In this document: positions 26,120 to 38,715 of the stretch, piece by piece
Numbering within the stretch: the first letter of the stretch is position 1
Layout: each line of letters starts with the position of its first letter
DNA from: Chiloscyllium plagiosum
Lineage: Eukaryota
Length of the DNA: 64,000 nt
Assembly: GCF_004010195.1 (NCBI RefSeq)
Contig: NC_057718.1
Coordinates: 64,021,110 to 64,085,109, forward strand
Reading direction: 5' to 3'
Notes under the pieces: model-generated
What the model was told of the DNA's origin: nothing
Seen by the model: the letters and a program-made list of their open reading frames with translations, nothing else
The model's database searches: none
Made by a program: the position numbers and the translations under genes

Positions 26120-26550
26120 TGCGGGTTTCCTCCCACAGGTCAAAGGATGTGTAGGGTAGGTGGATTGACCATGTTAAATTGCCGACAGTATCCAGGGATA
26201 TGCAGGCTAGGTGGATCAGTCATGGGAAGTGCAGCATTACAGGGATAGGGAAGGGGGTGGGTCTTGGTGGGATGTTCTTTGGAAGTTCGGTGTGGACTCG
26301 ATAGGCCAAATACTGAAAATGTGTTGCTGGAAAAGCGCAGCAGGTCAGGCAGCATCCAAGGAGCAGGAGAATCGATGTTTCGGGCATGAGCAAGGGCTCA
26401 TGCTCGAAACGTCGATTCTCCTGCTCCTAAGATGCTGCCTGACCTGCTGCGCTTTTCCAGCATCAAATTTTCAGCTCTGATCTCCAGCATCTGCAGTCCT
26501 CACTTTCTCGATAGGCCAAATTGCCTGCTTTCACACTGTAAGGATTCTAT
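26120..26550 (+). mobile_element. HE1-like SINE 3' part interrupted by a fold-back PLE mini-element (26312-26506)
   Basis: 15-bp TSD CTCGATAGGCCAAAT (26297-311, 26507-521); long inverted arms inside the insertion. Confidence 0.85.
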
Positions 26551-26559
26551 GGCTCTACA

Positions 26560-27075
26560 CATTCACATAGGAATATGATTGGGTCATTCAACATGTTGGG
26601 CCTCCTCTGCCATTTAATATGGTCATGGCTGATGGATTATGAATTCCCCATAATCCTTGATGTCATTCATAAACAAATATTTATCAGCTTTGTTCTAGAG
26701 TGCACAACCAGGAGAAACATTTTACCTGTATCTACTCTGCTTTAAGTATTTTGCAGGTTACAATGAGATCCTTCTTATTATTCAAAACTCTTGAAAACAC
26801 AGAACCATTTGAGCCAATCTCTCTTCATAGGGTAGTCCCACCATCCTGCAAACAAGTCGGGTGAACCTTTGTTGTATTCCTACTTATGGCAATAATATCT
26901 TGCCTGAGGTGAGGAGACCAAAACCGCAAATGGTATTTGAGGTGCAGTCTAATCAGACTCCTATACTGTTGAAACAATACTTCACTACTCTTGTACTCAA
27001 ACTCTCTTGCCCTAAAAGCTGACATTCAATTAACCTTCTCAATAGCTTGCTGCACATGCATGTTAGCCTTGACTG
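26560..27075 (-). mobile_element. CR1 LINE 3' fragment
   Basis: EYKSSEVLFQQYRSLIRLHLKYHLRFWSPHLRQDI. Confidence 0.75.
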
Positions 27076-28269
27076 AAGCCTCTAAATGCTTACGGTTTTG
27101 TCTGCTGTTTGCAGTCACAACTTGCTCAATCACACTTTCAAAAGAACGTATAGGGTTCACCCTGAACCCAAAAAGAGGTATGCTTTTCAGAAGTGGCAGA
27201 GATCAACTGGACTGCTTGTTTTTAGCAAGTTTCCATCTAATTGAACCAGGTAAAAGAAGTATCTTGCCAAGTCAACCATGTTCAAAACAGTTCCAACAGG
27301 GTTTATAACAAAGCAAATAGTTATCACTCTCCATCATGGACTTTCAATGACAGCTTATAAAGAAACCAATCCAGGTATTTCTACAAAACTTGAAATAAAT
27401 CCATTTTCCAAAATCCTTCAAAACTTAGGTCCTGTAAATAATAATAAATATAAGCATTTTCATAACATTTGTCAATTTAAAATTGAGAACAACTATGCAC
27501 TAACAACAAACTGGGCCAAAATATAAAACTCCATGTATGTCAGGCTTGTGTTCTCAGCACCTTGTTTTATGGTAGCAAAACATGGACAGTCCATATAAAC
27601 TGAGTAAAGCTGCTAAAATTACTTTCAGCTTTGCTCCTCAGACAAATTTGGGATAATTCCTGGCTGAACATATTGTTGAACACAAAGGAAACCAGCATAG
27701 ACCAGGCCTACTTGCCCTCTTGAGTCTTCAGTAACTCTGCCGGCTGTGTCATTTGAACTGAATAGATGACAGCCACATTCCTGAAGGTCTGTGATGAGCT
27801 TTCTCTCAGTGTGAGACAAATCAGGTCTCCACATTGACAGGGATCAGAGTCAAGGCGTACAAAGTTATTGATGCTGGCTGGAGTGACTCAAAACGACCAC
27901 TTAGGAAAGGCATGGAAAAAAAAAACAGAAGATGGCAGAAAAGAGAACCTGGTGGAAGGAGAAAGCATTGGCTCATTCTGGCCCAACTCTAAGCATCTCT
28001 GCCAGCCACAGAAGGGATTGCCAATCAAGAGTCAACAACAACAGATGATGTTTAATCCAGAGGTAATATGCACGATAGGCATACTTTCTGCTTTTGTCCA
28101 TTTAATTTTCGTTTGCTTGTTGAGTATAGTTTTCTGGGCAATTGCATCCATGATTGCTAATTCTAAGAAACATCATTAATGGGTGGACCTTAACATAAGT
28201 GGCAGCAGAAACTTGGTCCAGTTCCATTCTCACCTGAAAGCCGCACAGCACAATCCATGAAGACTATAT

Positions 28270-28740
28270 GATGTTGACAAGGAGCAGTGCTCTCAGAAAC
28301 TTTTCCCCATGGCTAAGAAGAGAGTCTGGATAAGCTTGGGTTGTTTTCTTTTCTTTGCAACGGAGAAGGTTGAGTGTGGACCTGATAGAGGTGTATGTGA
28401 TTATGAGGGGTGTGGATAGGATGGATAGAAAGCAGTTGTTTCTCTTAGTTAGATGGTCAATAACAAGGAGGTGTAATTTTAAGGTGAAAGGCAGAAAGCT
28501 TAGAGGAACTTGAGGAAAAGATTTTTCACCCACAGGATGGTGTATGTATGGAATGCACTACCTGGGAGGGTAGTTGAGGTGAGTAACCTCACAACCTTTA
28601 AAATGCATTTGAATGAGCACTTGAAATGTCATAACATTCAAAGCATTGGCCCAGTGCTAGAAGGTGGGATTTAGGGTAGCTTAGGCAGTACAGACTTAAT
28701 GGGCTGAAGGGCTTCATCTGTACTGTAGGATTCTATGATT
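28270..28740 (+). mobile_element. CR1 LINE 3' end
   Basis: gacctgatagaggtgtat...tttttcacccacaggatggtg...tggaatgcactacct; ctatgatt tail. Confidence 0.8.
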
Positions 28741-29993
28741 CCAGGTCATAATAGCCAACTAAGATCCCTCTGCCTTCTTAGTCTCCAAACAGACTGACTT
28801 CTTTATTACATGAAGTTCTCTTGGCCACAGCTGATTATTCACACCTCTTGAAAATATCTCATGGCATGAAACATCATCTAGGATCCATCTGCAGAGAGCA
28901 TCATAGCCTGACCCAATGCTATTCCCATCCATCACTTCCCACACTGGGGAAATTCCAACTAGAGCTATTGTGGAACAATCCCATGGCAGAAGGGTTGAGG
29001 AAATTTCCCTTCCTAGTTCAAGCATTCTGATGCAACCATAGCTCCTGTATTACAAGAGGGGCAATCATAAATGGAAAGTTGAGCAAAGTAATGGACAATC
29101 CTGTGATTTAGAGGTACAGATCATAAAGCAATCCATGCAACAAACATTTGGACAGGCTACATGCCCTGTTTCCCTCATGTAGTAGTGACTGTGCCTCTAT
29201 TCACTTTGTTGAGACAGGCTAATTCAACTCGATTGGGGGTGAAACCTGGTCTGCATGGCTCAGAGGTAATTGAGATGACAATAAGGTACATTTGGAAATG
29301 AGGGTATACAGTCTGCGACACAAGGCTCTGCCCACCCCTGCTCCCCACAATCCCCACCTTGGGAAGATCGAAGTGATCATTACTCACTTTGTCTCCATAG
29401 TTAGAGCTTAGACAAAACTGGATGAGCAAACTACCAGAGGACTACCAATGCATCTGATCCTCTTGGTCCCTTAGGAAGTATAAAGAAATGAGGACTTGTA
29501 TTTTATGTTAACAGGTTTTCTAGCAAAGAAGCTGTGAAGTTAATATTGAAATGATATTTTCCCATCCAACTAAGACTTGCAATTATTTATTTTTTTCAGC
29601 AACTGTATGAGAACAAATTAATATAATATATAAATATTTTTAAGAAGTGTTGATTTGATTGATTAGAGTCAAAGACATGAATTTGTTTAATCACAGGTAA
29701 TTGTGGAAAAGTGCAAGACTTTTTTTTGGAGATGTCGTGGTTGTTGTCTGAGTGTGAATTAAATTCTGCCTGAGGATGCTCAATAAAGGTTAATGACTTG
29801 ATATTTTCTGGCAGTAAAGGGCCTGGATGGGACTGGGGTCTGCTTTTTTCTCATTGGTATTACTGGGCATTCAAACAAGCATGAGGATAGCTGCCATTCC
29901 TCACCTAAGTAGCAGAATTTGCTCATAAGGCAAAGTACACAGAAGAGGGAATGCTGACAGCCAGGCAGTGATTGAAATGCTTAACCCTTTCAG

Positions 29994-30204
29994 GGTGAAA
30001 GTGAGGACAGCAGATGCTGGAGATCAGAGTCAAAACTAAAGTGGTGCTGGAAAAGCACGGCAGGTCAGGCAGCATCTGAAAAGCAGGAAAATTGATGTTT
30101 CGGGCAAAAGCTGATTCCTGATGAAGGGCTTTTGCCCGAAACGTCGATTTTCCTGCTTCTCGGATGCTGCCTGACCTGCTGTGCTTTTCCAGCACCACTC
30201 TAAT
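29994..30204. mobile_element. Penelope-derived fold-back mini-element (family A) with intact hammerhead core
   Basis: 14-bp TSD CTTAACCCTTTCAG (29980-93, 30205-18); ~70-bp inverted arms. Confidence 0.85.
30114..30149 (+). ncRNA. Minimal hammerhead ribozyme motif (PLE-type)
   Basis: ATTC-CTGATGA-A-GGGC-TTTT-GCCC-GAAA-CGTC-GATT: complete catalytic core with a GUC triplet. Confidence 0.65.
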
Positions 30205-30604
30205 CTTAACCCTTTCAGCTGTCCACTTCCTTCTGGTGCTAAAAACAATATGCCCACCATTGTTATTACCTGGAAAAACTGAAGGTGTTTTTCATTTTGG
30301 GAGAGGGCAGTGAATGATCTGTGATAATCAAAGATGGATGTCATTGCTGAAACAGTAAACTTTTTTGTACAATTTTAGCATTAATCATTTGTCTGCCTTC
30401 TATAGCACAGTTAGAGGTGCCATCAAATTCTCTTTTATTCTCTAGAATTCTCCCTTTTCCATAGCTCTTTTTTCAGGCTTATGGCAATTGTCACATTGTC
30501 ATATTGAAGTGCATCAGCCAAGTACCCTCACTTACCCACAATGGCATCCAGCTGGGTTTTGAGCCAATGTGTAACTAAACTTGCTCTGCACATAATAGGG
30601 ATAA

Positions 30605-31125
30605 ATAAACTTATATTTATATACCACCTTTCACAACCTCTGGATATTTCAAAGCACTTTACAGCCTGTGAACTATGATTTGAAGCCATGATGCAGAGGA
30701 GCTGGTGTTGGATAGGGGTGGACAAAGCTAAAAATCATGCAACACCAGGTTATAGTCCAACAGATTTATTTGGAAGCACTAGCTTTCAGAGCGCCGCTCC
30801 TTCATTGGAAGCTAGTGCTTCCAAATAAACCAGTTGGGCTATAAACTGGTGTTGTGTGATTTTTAACTATGGTTTGAAGTATAGTTGATATTGTAATATG
30901 ACAATGACCGAAGATTCAGGTATTTTACAAATGCTGACTGAAGGAGGTATATTGGACAGCACACTTGAAATACCACCCCCCCTTCTCTTCATTAATAGAG
31001 TGTCATTGGATATGTTATGTTCATCTGAGAGGGCGTTTATCTAACATATCATCAAAACAATGGTGCCCCTGACAGTGCAGCATCCCTCAGTACTGCAATG
31101 GGAATGTTTGTTTAGATTTCAGTGT
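30605..31125 (-). mobile_element. Deu-domain SINE (SacSINE1/AmnSINE1-like), interrupted by a family-B PLE fold-back (30686-30864)
   Basis: Minus strand gcagtactgagggatgctgcactgtcaggggcacc...gccctctcagatgaac matches the recalled Deu-domain consensus; near-perfect 15-bp TSD AACTATG(A/G)TTTGAAG around the insert. Confidence 0.65.
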
Positions 31126-32327
31126 TTAAATGTTTGTAGATGAACTTCCAAAGGGATTTTTACTCTGCATCTCTCTGTGTACGTGCAGATGGTCCAAGAT
31201 TCCTATTATACGGAGATACTTAATCCAGTTGGTGGAGTCAATGTTTTTAACACCCTTGATTAATAAGAAAAACCTTAAAAATGATTTCTACCCTGATTAT
31301 GATGCAGACCCCCAACACCCCCAGTCCACACTGGAGATGTGTGTCAAGGCAAGAAGAAACATTCCACACACCCTTTGCCTAGAGCAAAATTCATCCAAAA
31401 ATTCTGTTCCATTTTTATCCTGGAACATCTAGTGATATCCAGCAGGTACATGTGCAATAATGAGTTGTGTTGCAATGCACCCTTCTATACTAGTGGAAGA
31501 GAGAGGCTTCAGAAGATCTAAAGAGAACTTTAGTGCATATTGAAAGTAAAAGGCAGCACAGATGAGATCAGTGGCTTGTTTGTTTGCTTGTGAATTGAAA
31601 TGTTATTAGAAGATGCTGCCAGCTGAGTTAATATTTACTCAGAATCGCCAATGCTGTACAGTGCCAGCCACTGTGAGTTTACAGCAATCTTCTTCTCATG
31701 GTTTTCTGGGGGAAATTGGCGCTTCAATTCAAAGGGCACCTTTCCTTGATCTTGTGCAATTTACATTATTGATTGGATGTGTGTGAAGATAACACAATTA
31801 TCAACTTGAGCCCAGGAGACCATTGCTTTCGTGAAGAGCGTTGAACATTTGCTTTCAGCGACATTGCAGCTTGGGTGACTAAAGCTGCACTGTCCGTGGG
31901 GCTCTGCTGCGGGCTGTGAGCCTGATGCTGTTGTGGCTGAGCTCGGTTACCTCGGGGCAGAGATATTGCAGGTTGCATCGCTGTGAGTTTGGGGGTAATG
32001 TTTGACAGCACACATTGCTTTTCTTGCCTACTTGCTTCTCGCCCTCAGGTTGAGGCCGGAGAGACCTGGGACTCTGGTGTAAAAATTATGCGAATCCAAT
32101 TCTTGAAATGTGCCTACTAGCAACTCGTAAGACCCCTGATCCCATTGTTCACTGAATCAGTGAATCTCCCCTGTGGGAGAGGAAAGAGTGCTTTTCAAAC
32201 TGACCGACTGGGAAACAGTCTTACTGTTTTTGGAGCGCTAGGTCAAACAATATTCAGTTTTGCAGTAGGGAGAAACAGCATTCCCAAAGCTATAGCCAAT
32301 CAATCATCCCGGCTCCCTAACCCATTA

Positions 32328-32525
32328 GAGAGAAAGTGAGGACTGCAGATGCTGGAGATCAGAGCTGAGAATGTGTTGCTGGAAAAGCGCAGCAGGTCAG
32401 GCAGCATCCAAGGAACAGGAGAATCGCCGTTTCGGGCATTTGCCTGAAGAAAGGCTTATGCCCGAAACGTCGATTCTCCTGTTCCTTGGATGCTGCCTGA
32501 CCTGTTGCGCTTTTCCAGCAACACA
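32328..32525. mobile_element. Penelope-derived fold-back mini-element (family A)
   Basis: 14-bp TSD TCCCTAACCCATTA (32314-27, 32526-39); ~70-bp near-perfect inverted arms. Confidence 0.85.
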
Positions 32526-32789
32526 TCCCTAACCCATTACCAGAGATCTTTAATTTCTAACTGTTGCATCTTATAAACAAATGTATTTTACTGGTGCACT
32601 ACAATCTTGAGAAGGCTTTTGAATATTGTATTAACACCTGGCATCGACATGTCTCTTGGTGTAGGTGAAAGTGAGAAAATTGCCCAAAACCCCGATCCTT
32701 CTGCTCCTCAGATGCTGCTTGGCCTGCTGTTCTTTTCCAGCACCACGACTCATATGTAGGTAAAAAGGTCAACTTCTAAATGTTTACAC

Positions 32790-33075
32790 TTTCCAAACCC
32801 ACGACCTTTCCCACCTAGAAGGCCAAGAGCAGCAGATACATGGGAACACCACTACCTGCAAGTTCCCCTCCAAGTGGGACCCCATCCGGACCTAGAGATA
32901 TGTCACCATTCCCTAAGTCAAAATCCTGGAACTCCCCTTGTCTTGGCACTGCGGGTGCACCAGCGGCACACTAATTACAACAGTTCAAGAAAGCTCGTCA
33001 CTACCTTCTCCTGAGCATTAGAGATGGGCAATAAATGATGGCCTTGCTAGCAGCACCTAGCCCATGAATAATAAA
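32790..33075 (+). mobile_element. LINE 3' end (L2/CR1 group) sharing its tail with the unnamed SINE family
   Basis: ggaacaccactacctgcaagttcccctccaag...gatgggcaataaatgatggccttgctagc; reverse-complement similarity to ~41030-41085. Confidence 0.55.
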
Positions 33076-36000
33076 AGTCCTGAATATGTCAAAATATGTC
33101 TCCACACACCGGGGATGGAGCCAGTGCGAGAATAATTTAGGATCTGGCGCTGGTTCGGATGAGATGATTTCAGCATTTCAAAGGACTGCAATTCCGTTTG
33201 AAATGCTGAGGACATTTACACGACATAACTAGCGAGGAAGGCGCGGCGTGGGCATAACATGCACTGGAGAAAGGGTGCAGGAGCTCACCTCTATAGAAAT
33301 GGTCTGAACTAGGGGCGTTAGAGAAATTATTAGAATTAAAATAGTAATTAACTTATTAGACATTACAGAAATTGCAAACTCAATCCATTAATTGTTCTTT
33401 CTCTTTGTGAATATAATCCGACCGTTCTATTGGTTTTATGCAGCCTTTAAAAAGTTCCTTGCTCATCGTACTATCCACCTTATACGTAAAACAAAAAAAA
33501 ATGTTGTGGAGATGACAGAAACATTTATTTCCATCCTCCCTTTTTAAAGAAACATCGCGTGAATATATGAAATCTGCGCCCTCTTCCTATCAACTCAAAG
33601 ATCTGTGGAAACAATTTGTCAAAATTTATTTCTGAAAATCTTGAAAAAAAGATTCGGTGAGGTGCCCATTAACTCCTTCAGCTGTAGTGCTTTGACCAGC
33701 AGGGTCCTGGTTGTCACTATGCCTGTCGAGAGGAAGATATATGTACTATCGGAATGGGGGGAAAGTTGTACCAGAGAACAAACGCTCCAGATGTGGTAAA
33801 CACCATCAGTGTACATTTCGTGCCAGCTGCCTTGTTTACAAAAAAACTTAACTGACCCCAGAATCTTATAGCAGGCGTTAAGGAAGAAATTAAAACAAAT
33901 CCCCAATTAAAATTAGTTTTATTCTCTTCCATTGTTCACAACGTGTTGATCACAAGAAGTGCGGAATGATTGCAACAACTGAAAATGCAAAGGCATTCAG
34001 CAAGGCAGGAGCAATAGTGTAGATTTGGTGACTGCCTACCTAAGTATCCAACGATTCTCAAGTATTATTCTCCCACAGATTCCCAGTACTTGCAGTATCT
34101 TTAATGAGCTTGCGTTTCACATTGCAAGTTTAATCCTGGTCGGAGCGGTTTAGTTTTGCAATTGTTTTTATCCCAGTTCGTCCAGGCACACCTGACAGGG
34201 AATGCATTTTGTAAACGCTGGCTCCATTGCAATCATCCGGCGTGGAACATACTGTGTAGGGACAAGTTGAATTTTCTTGCAACTAGTGTCATATTCAAGT
34301 GGATTTTTTTTTAACAAACACTATGAATAAAGTAAGTTTTGGAGTGAATAAGACTGTCACTCACTGAAGAAAGATTTACTCCATCCCATGGTCAGGTGGG
34401 ACTCTCAAACAATAACCACTTGCCCGTAATACTTTATAAAAAGTTGCAGACAGCGTTTACATAGTGGCAGAAAGAAATAAACCGACCGGTCTTGTCAAAA
34501 AGAGGGGATCTGTAACAGTTGTTGCACGTAAGAGCGTTTAAGGAGGGAGTTAGAGAAAGCAGGGCCTAGTTAACCAACCTTTGAATTGACACGAGAAAAC
34601 TTTCATTGAGGTAAATACGCAGGATAGAATCTTCATATTTTAGTTCATATTTCTATTCCCAAGAATTATAACAGTGCAAACGGAGAACTCGAACCGTATA
34701 GACGTATAAAAGTAAATTGATTGCAATGTGTGGGATCTTAGAGCTGGAATCCAGCGGACAACTAAAGGGGTTGATTATGCATTTGCTATAAGCGGTTTAA
34801 AACACTGGGCGAGGTTTCAACGTAACCACAGCATGGCTGACCAGTTCGAAATCTGTAAAACCAGTCAATAATACTCTTCGGAAAACTACAACATTTTATT
34901 TAACTCCGTGAAGATTCACATTGCCCGTGACTTGAGTATTTCCGATGTTGTGTATGTTGTCAGCAGCAATAAGTTCTCGAGAGTGCGCTGCAGTGAACTA
35001 GCCTGTGGCCAGAAACCAATCGCTTCAAGCGCGTATTTGAATTCAGCGGTACTTAATTTAAAATGGGATAATTAATCCGAGCACCCAATTTCTAGAAGTT
35101 ATTTAAGTATGAGATACCCAAGTTTAATTTAAATCAGTGTGGCTCGTCACTACTGCTCTTTTAAATATTTGTGAAGCTGTTTAGTGTTCAGCCAATTCCT
35201 GTCAACTATGCTCAGGGACTATCTTACACTTCATCCTGATGTGCATTATTTATACTAGTGGCTCACACCATCTTTTCCATTGACAGCTTTGCTGTTTGAA
35301 AGCTTGGCTGCTCTTTTTGTTTTGTAAATAGTGTAGCTTCCCTCCCTGTCTACTGGCTCCCGCCGCACTGAGTTCCATTCCACCTTAGTCTTTCTCACGT
35401 CGAAATCTGTGCAGCTTTTATTGTTCCTGTGCAGGCAATAAACAAAACGGAAATGATGCCCATAAACAAACGCGGCAAGACAACCATTGCATCCAGTTCC
35501 CCTCAAAGTCCAATCATGCCGTGACTCGGGATTTTTGATGTATTCATTTGGTTTTGCTGGGCTCGAACTTAAAAGTCGTTAAAAATAAGTCCTCAAAATC
35601 CTTTTTCGCTGTCAATCTCGACATATTTTTAGGCTCTTCGCAAAAATACGCCACCAAACATTTCCACTGTGACTCACGCAGTTGACCAGCTATGTTTGGG
35701 AGTCGGTTATGATTAGAACTATGTTCAAATGGAGCGCTGGTGCAAGTTGGAGACCAGTCTGGGCGGGAAGTGACAGAGGCGAGACTGGTGTTGAAAGCAG
35801 CAGGGGTTGCATCGTTGCGCCCCGGGCTGTTTGTTCTCTGTAGTCTCAGATGTTGGGACTGACAGTTCCCGTGGCTCGTTTGGAGCAGCAAAAGAGTGCG
35901 ATCCCACTGAATGTTTGTTTTGCGTGTTTAACAATGACATTCTCTTCATGAATACTGCCTTTGTGCTCTTTTACTGCATCTGTCGCTCATTGGGAGAGGA

Positions 36001-37936
36001 GTTGGTGCTGCAAAGAAACGAAAACTGGGCCACTTCACCCAGATCTCCAGCACGGGGATTAGTATTGTTAGGAAGAGAAATATACTACTTGTCATAAAAG
36101 ACTGGATAAGAGAAATCGTCCATTTATTCATTGGAAACGTGAGTTGGAGCTTTGTTATAAGGGCCCTAGCCAATTTCGATTAAACGTTTTGTACTGAACA
36201 ATGAACTCAGTGGAAGTCCTCCAATGGGACTGAGGGGAGCGGTCCCCCACCAAGTTTGGAATAACGAGACTGGATGTGGTCTCCACTGCAGAGAGGAATT
36301 TACAGCAACCCTTATCATACACCAATTTCTTCCCGCAAGGAACATCACTTCCCACGCCATCCCCACATGGCCAGGCATGTCCTGCCCGTGAGAGATGTTC
36401 AAATGCTACTTCTGATTTTAAAATGACACAAGTCTTGGTGTGGGGGCCGGGCGTTGGGAGGAGGGTGGGGTGGGGATCTGGGGCATACACGCTTGGAAAT
36501 CCTCAAAAAGGACCAGAGAATATATATCACTTTCTGGAAGAAATATTCCCTAAAACGTATCTACCTTTACGGAAACTGGATGAAAGGATCGAGTCAATTT
36601 GCAGAGTTGTAAAACAAGGGTAAATTGCAGAGCTTAATTCGCACGCAGGTATTTTCCAAACTGGTTTGAATATAACCGCATTAATGAGAATCGCTAATTA
36701 TTTGGATAGCAATCGGTCAGTGTTGGGTAGCCCAAGTGTTTATAAAAGGCTGTGGTAAGATATGCTTCAACATCAGCTCGCACTCCCCCTCCCCCACTCC
36801 CTCCCTCCCATATTACAGCCAGAGAGAGTCTCGCCTCAGTCTGTTAATATATACCTCCCCGCCCCCTACCCCCCACACTTTGGTATCTTACTGTCCTTAA
36901 ATGTTTTATTGATCAAATGCTTCGTCATAAAAGATTCCTTTCATTGCCCGTAAGATTATCGGCCGGAGTAAATCCACACCGCAAATCACTTTTCTGTTAC
37001 AATGTTTAATGTGTGTTTTCCCCTCCAACGCTGCTTTCCTTCAATGCATTTTCAAGACTACGGCCAGAGAAGAAAACAATAGAATTTCTGGCGACGCAGC
37101 CTTGTAAGACTTAACACGATCGGTAACATTAAAGGTAAATGACTCTGAGGTGAAATGACGTGATCAAAGGCATGCAATATTCGCTCAGCTGGATAGACTG
37201 TAGTCAAGATAACTGCTGGGGAGAAAATTCCAAACAGCAATTTCACTGCAAAACTGAAATCACAACCTTGCAAACGACCAAGTGTATCCTCTCTTTATTT
37301 TCCGGTTGGCGAATTATCTTTTTTGCGAGTTTTAAATACAATTCAAATGGTCGGGGTTTGCAGGGAAATTAAGTGTCATTTTACTTGCCACCTGCCGATT
37401 ATAACATTCTCATCCCCAGAAGGAAAATGGTGATCAGAATTTTGCACGGTTTGGATCAGGTGGCTGCAACTCTGAGATATCAGAGTTACACATCCCGTCT
37501 CGGGACACCTAGCTTAAAAGGCCACTTTCAGCTGGAGAGCTCCGTCTAAAGTGGGTTTTTTTTTAAAAAAGTCAACTATATTTTCAACTAATGGGCAGGA
37601 AAAATATTTCTCAGGGTAAAGCACGTTAAGTAGTGAATTATTTGTAAAATCAGGTCTGGTTAGAATGATCAGTTTCGCTCCATCTCTGGAGGAACTGGGT
37701 TTGGCAACGAGTTTCTTTCTTTGCAGGTGCTTAAGTCGGTGCAGTATACTCTTAAATGTTTTAATTTTGGAGCGGAGGAGACGCAGGATTGTATTTTTGT
37801 CATTGGGACTTTCTGTCATTTTAAAAGAGACTGCTTCTCTTATTATGCATATACGAATTCCAGAGAGGTCAATGATAAATGACAAACAGTGTGCTACATG
37901 GGGAGGCATTAATTACATATACGCTCCACTAACGTT

Positions 37937-37942
37937 TTTATT
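37937..37942 (-). terminator. Candidate tbxt polyadenylation signal AATAAA
   Basis: Minus strand reads TGTAAATAAAAA about 510 nt after the stop codon, following an AU-rich stretch. Further AATAAA hexamers lie downstream (~37294, ~36905). Confidence 0.5.
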
Positions 37943-38447
37943 TACATCGTTTTTGGACAGGTCACTGCTGTCGCACAAAGCAGAGGTCCCAACATTATTA
38001 CTGCGACGGAGATTAGATTGTTAAGTCATGGAATACATCTTCCTCGACTTAGTTCATATTTGGTTTATCTTCTCAAGACCTGGTGCCAGTTTATGTTTTC
38101 TATACAATAATTATTTTACAATAATGGATTGTTTTCTCTAAATTATCATTAATAGGAACATCATAAAAAACAGAACCATTCTGGTTGAAGTATTTGATCA
38201 TGCCATTTTCAAAATCCCAGGCTGGTGGGACGTATGGGCGGAACACATCTTTGGTCATCAATACAGAAATCTTGCAAGCAATCTATCACAGAACCAAGTT
38301 CGTCTCTTCCTGCCATTCTTCTGGATTTCCCACGGAGTTGCAACATCAAGTCCAAAGGAAAAGGATGGGAAGGGTTGGGAAAACTCCCAAAGAAGTCCTT
38401 AAATTAAATTAAATGGCTTGAGAAAGGCGAGGTGAGTACAAGTGCTG

Positions 38448-38715
38448 TCACATGGATGGAGGAGTAACTGGTGTCCATGTGGAAGTTAGTCTGCTGTGCG
38501 CAGAGGCATCGTACTGGCTCTCAGACAGCTCGATTCCAGTGCCACTGTCATACAGGGGCGATCCTGACGAGGTGGCGCTCACTGAGTGAGCCAGAGACGG
38601 GTAATGAGCCGGGGAAGCCCGCAGGAACTGTGAACTCAGGCCGTTGGACATGCCCCCAGACTGGGACACTGGGGTAATGGTGCTGTTACTGACTGACCAC
38701 AGACTCGGGTATTGG
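38448..38715 (-). CDS. tbxt: tbxt coding exon 8 (268 nt incl. TGA)
   Basis: Acceptor ctctttctttcttgttgcag|[17 protein letters not shown]...[23 protein letters not shown]. Confidence 0.96.

Noticed and set aside
38440..38446. miR-430/302-family seed match AGCACTT in the tbxt 3' UTR
   Set aside because: It lies 1 nt after the stop codon, inside the ribosome shadow where sites are generally ineffective.
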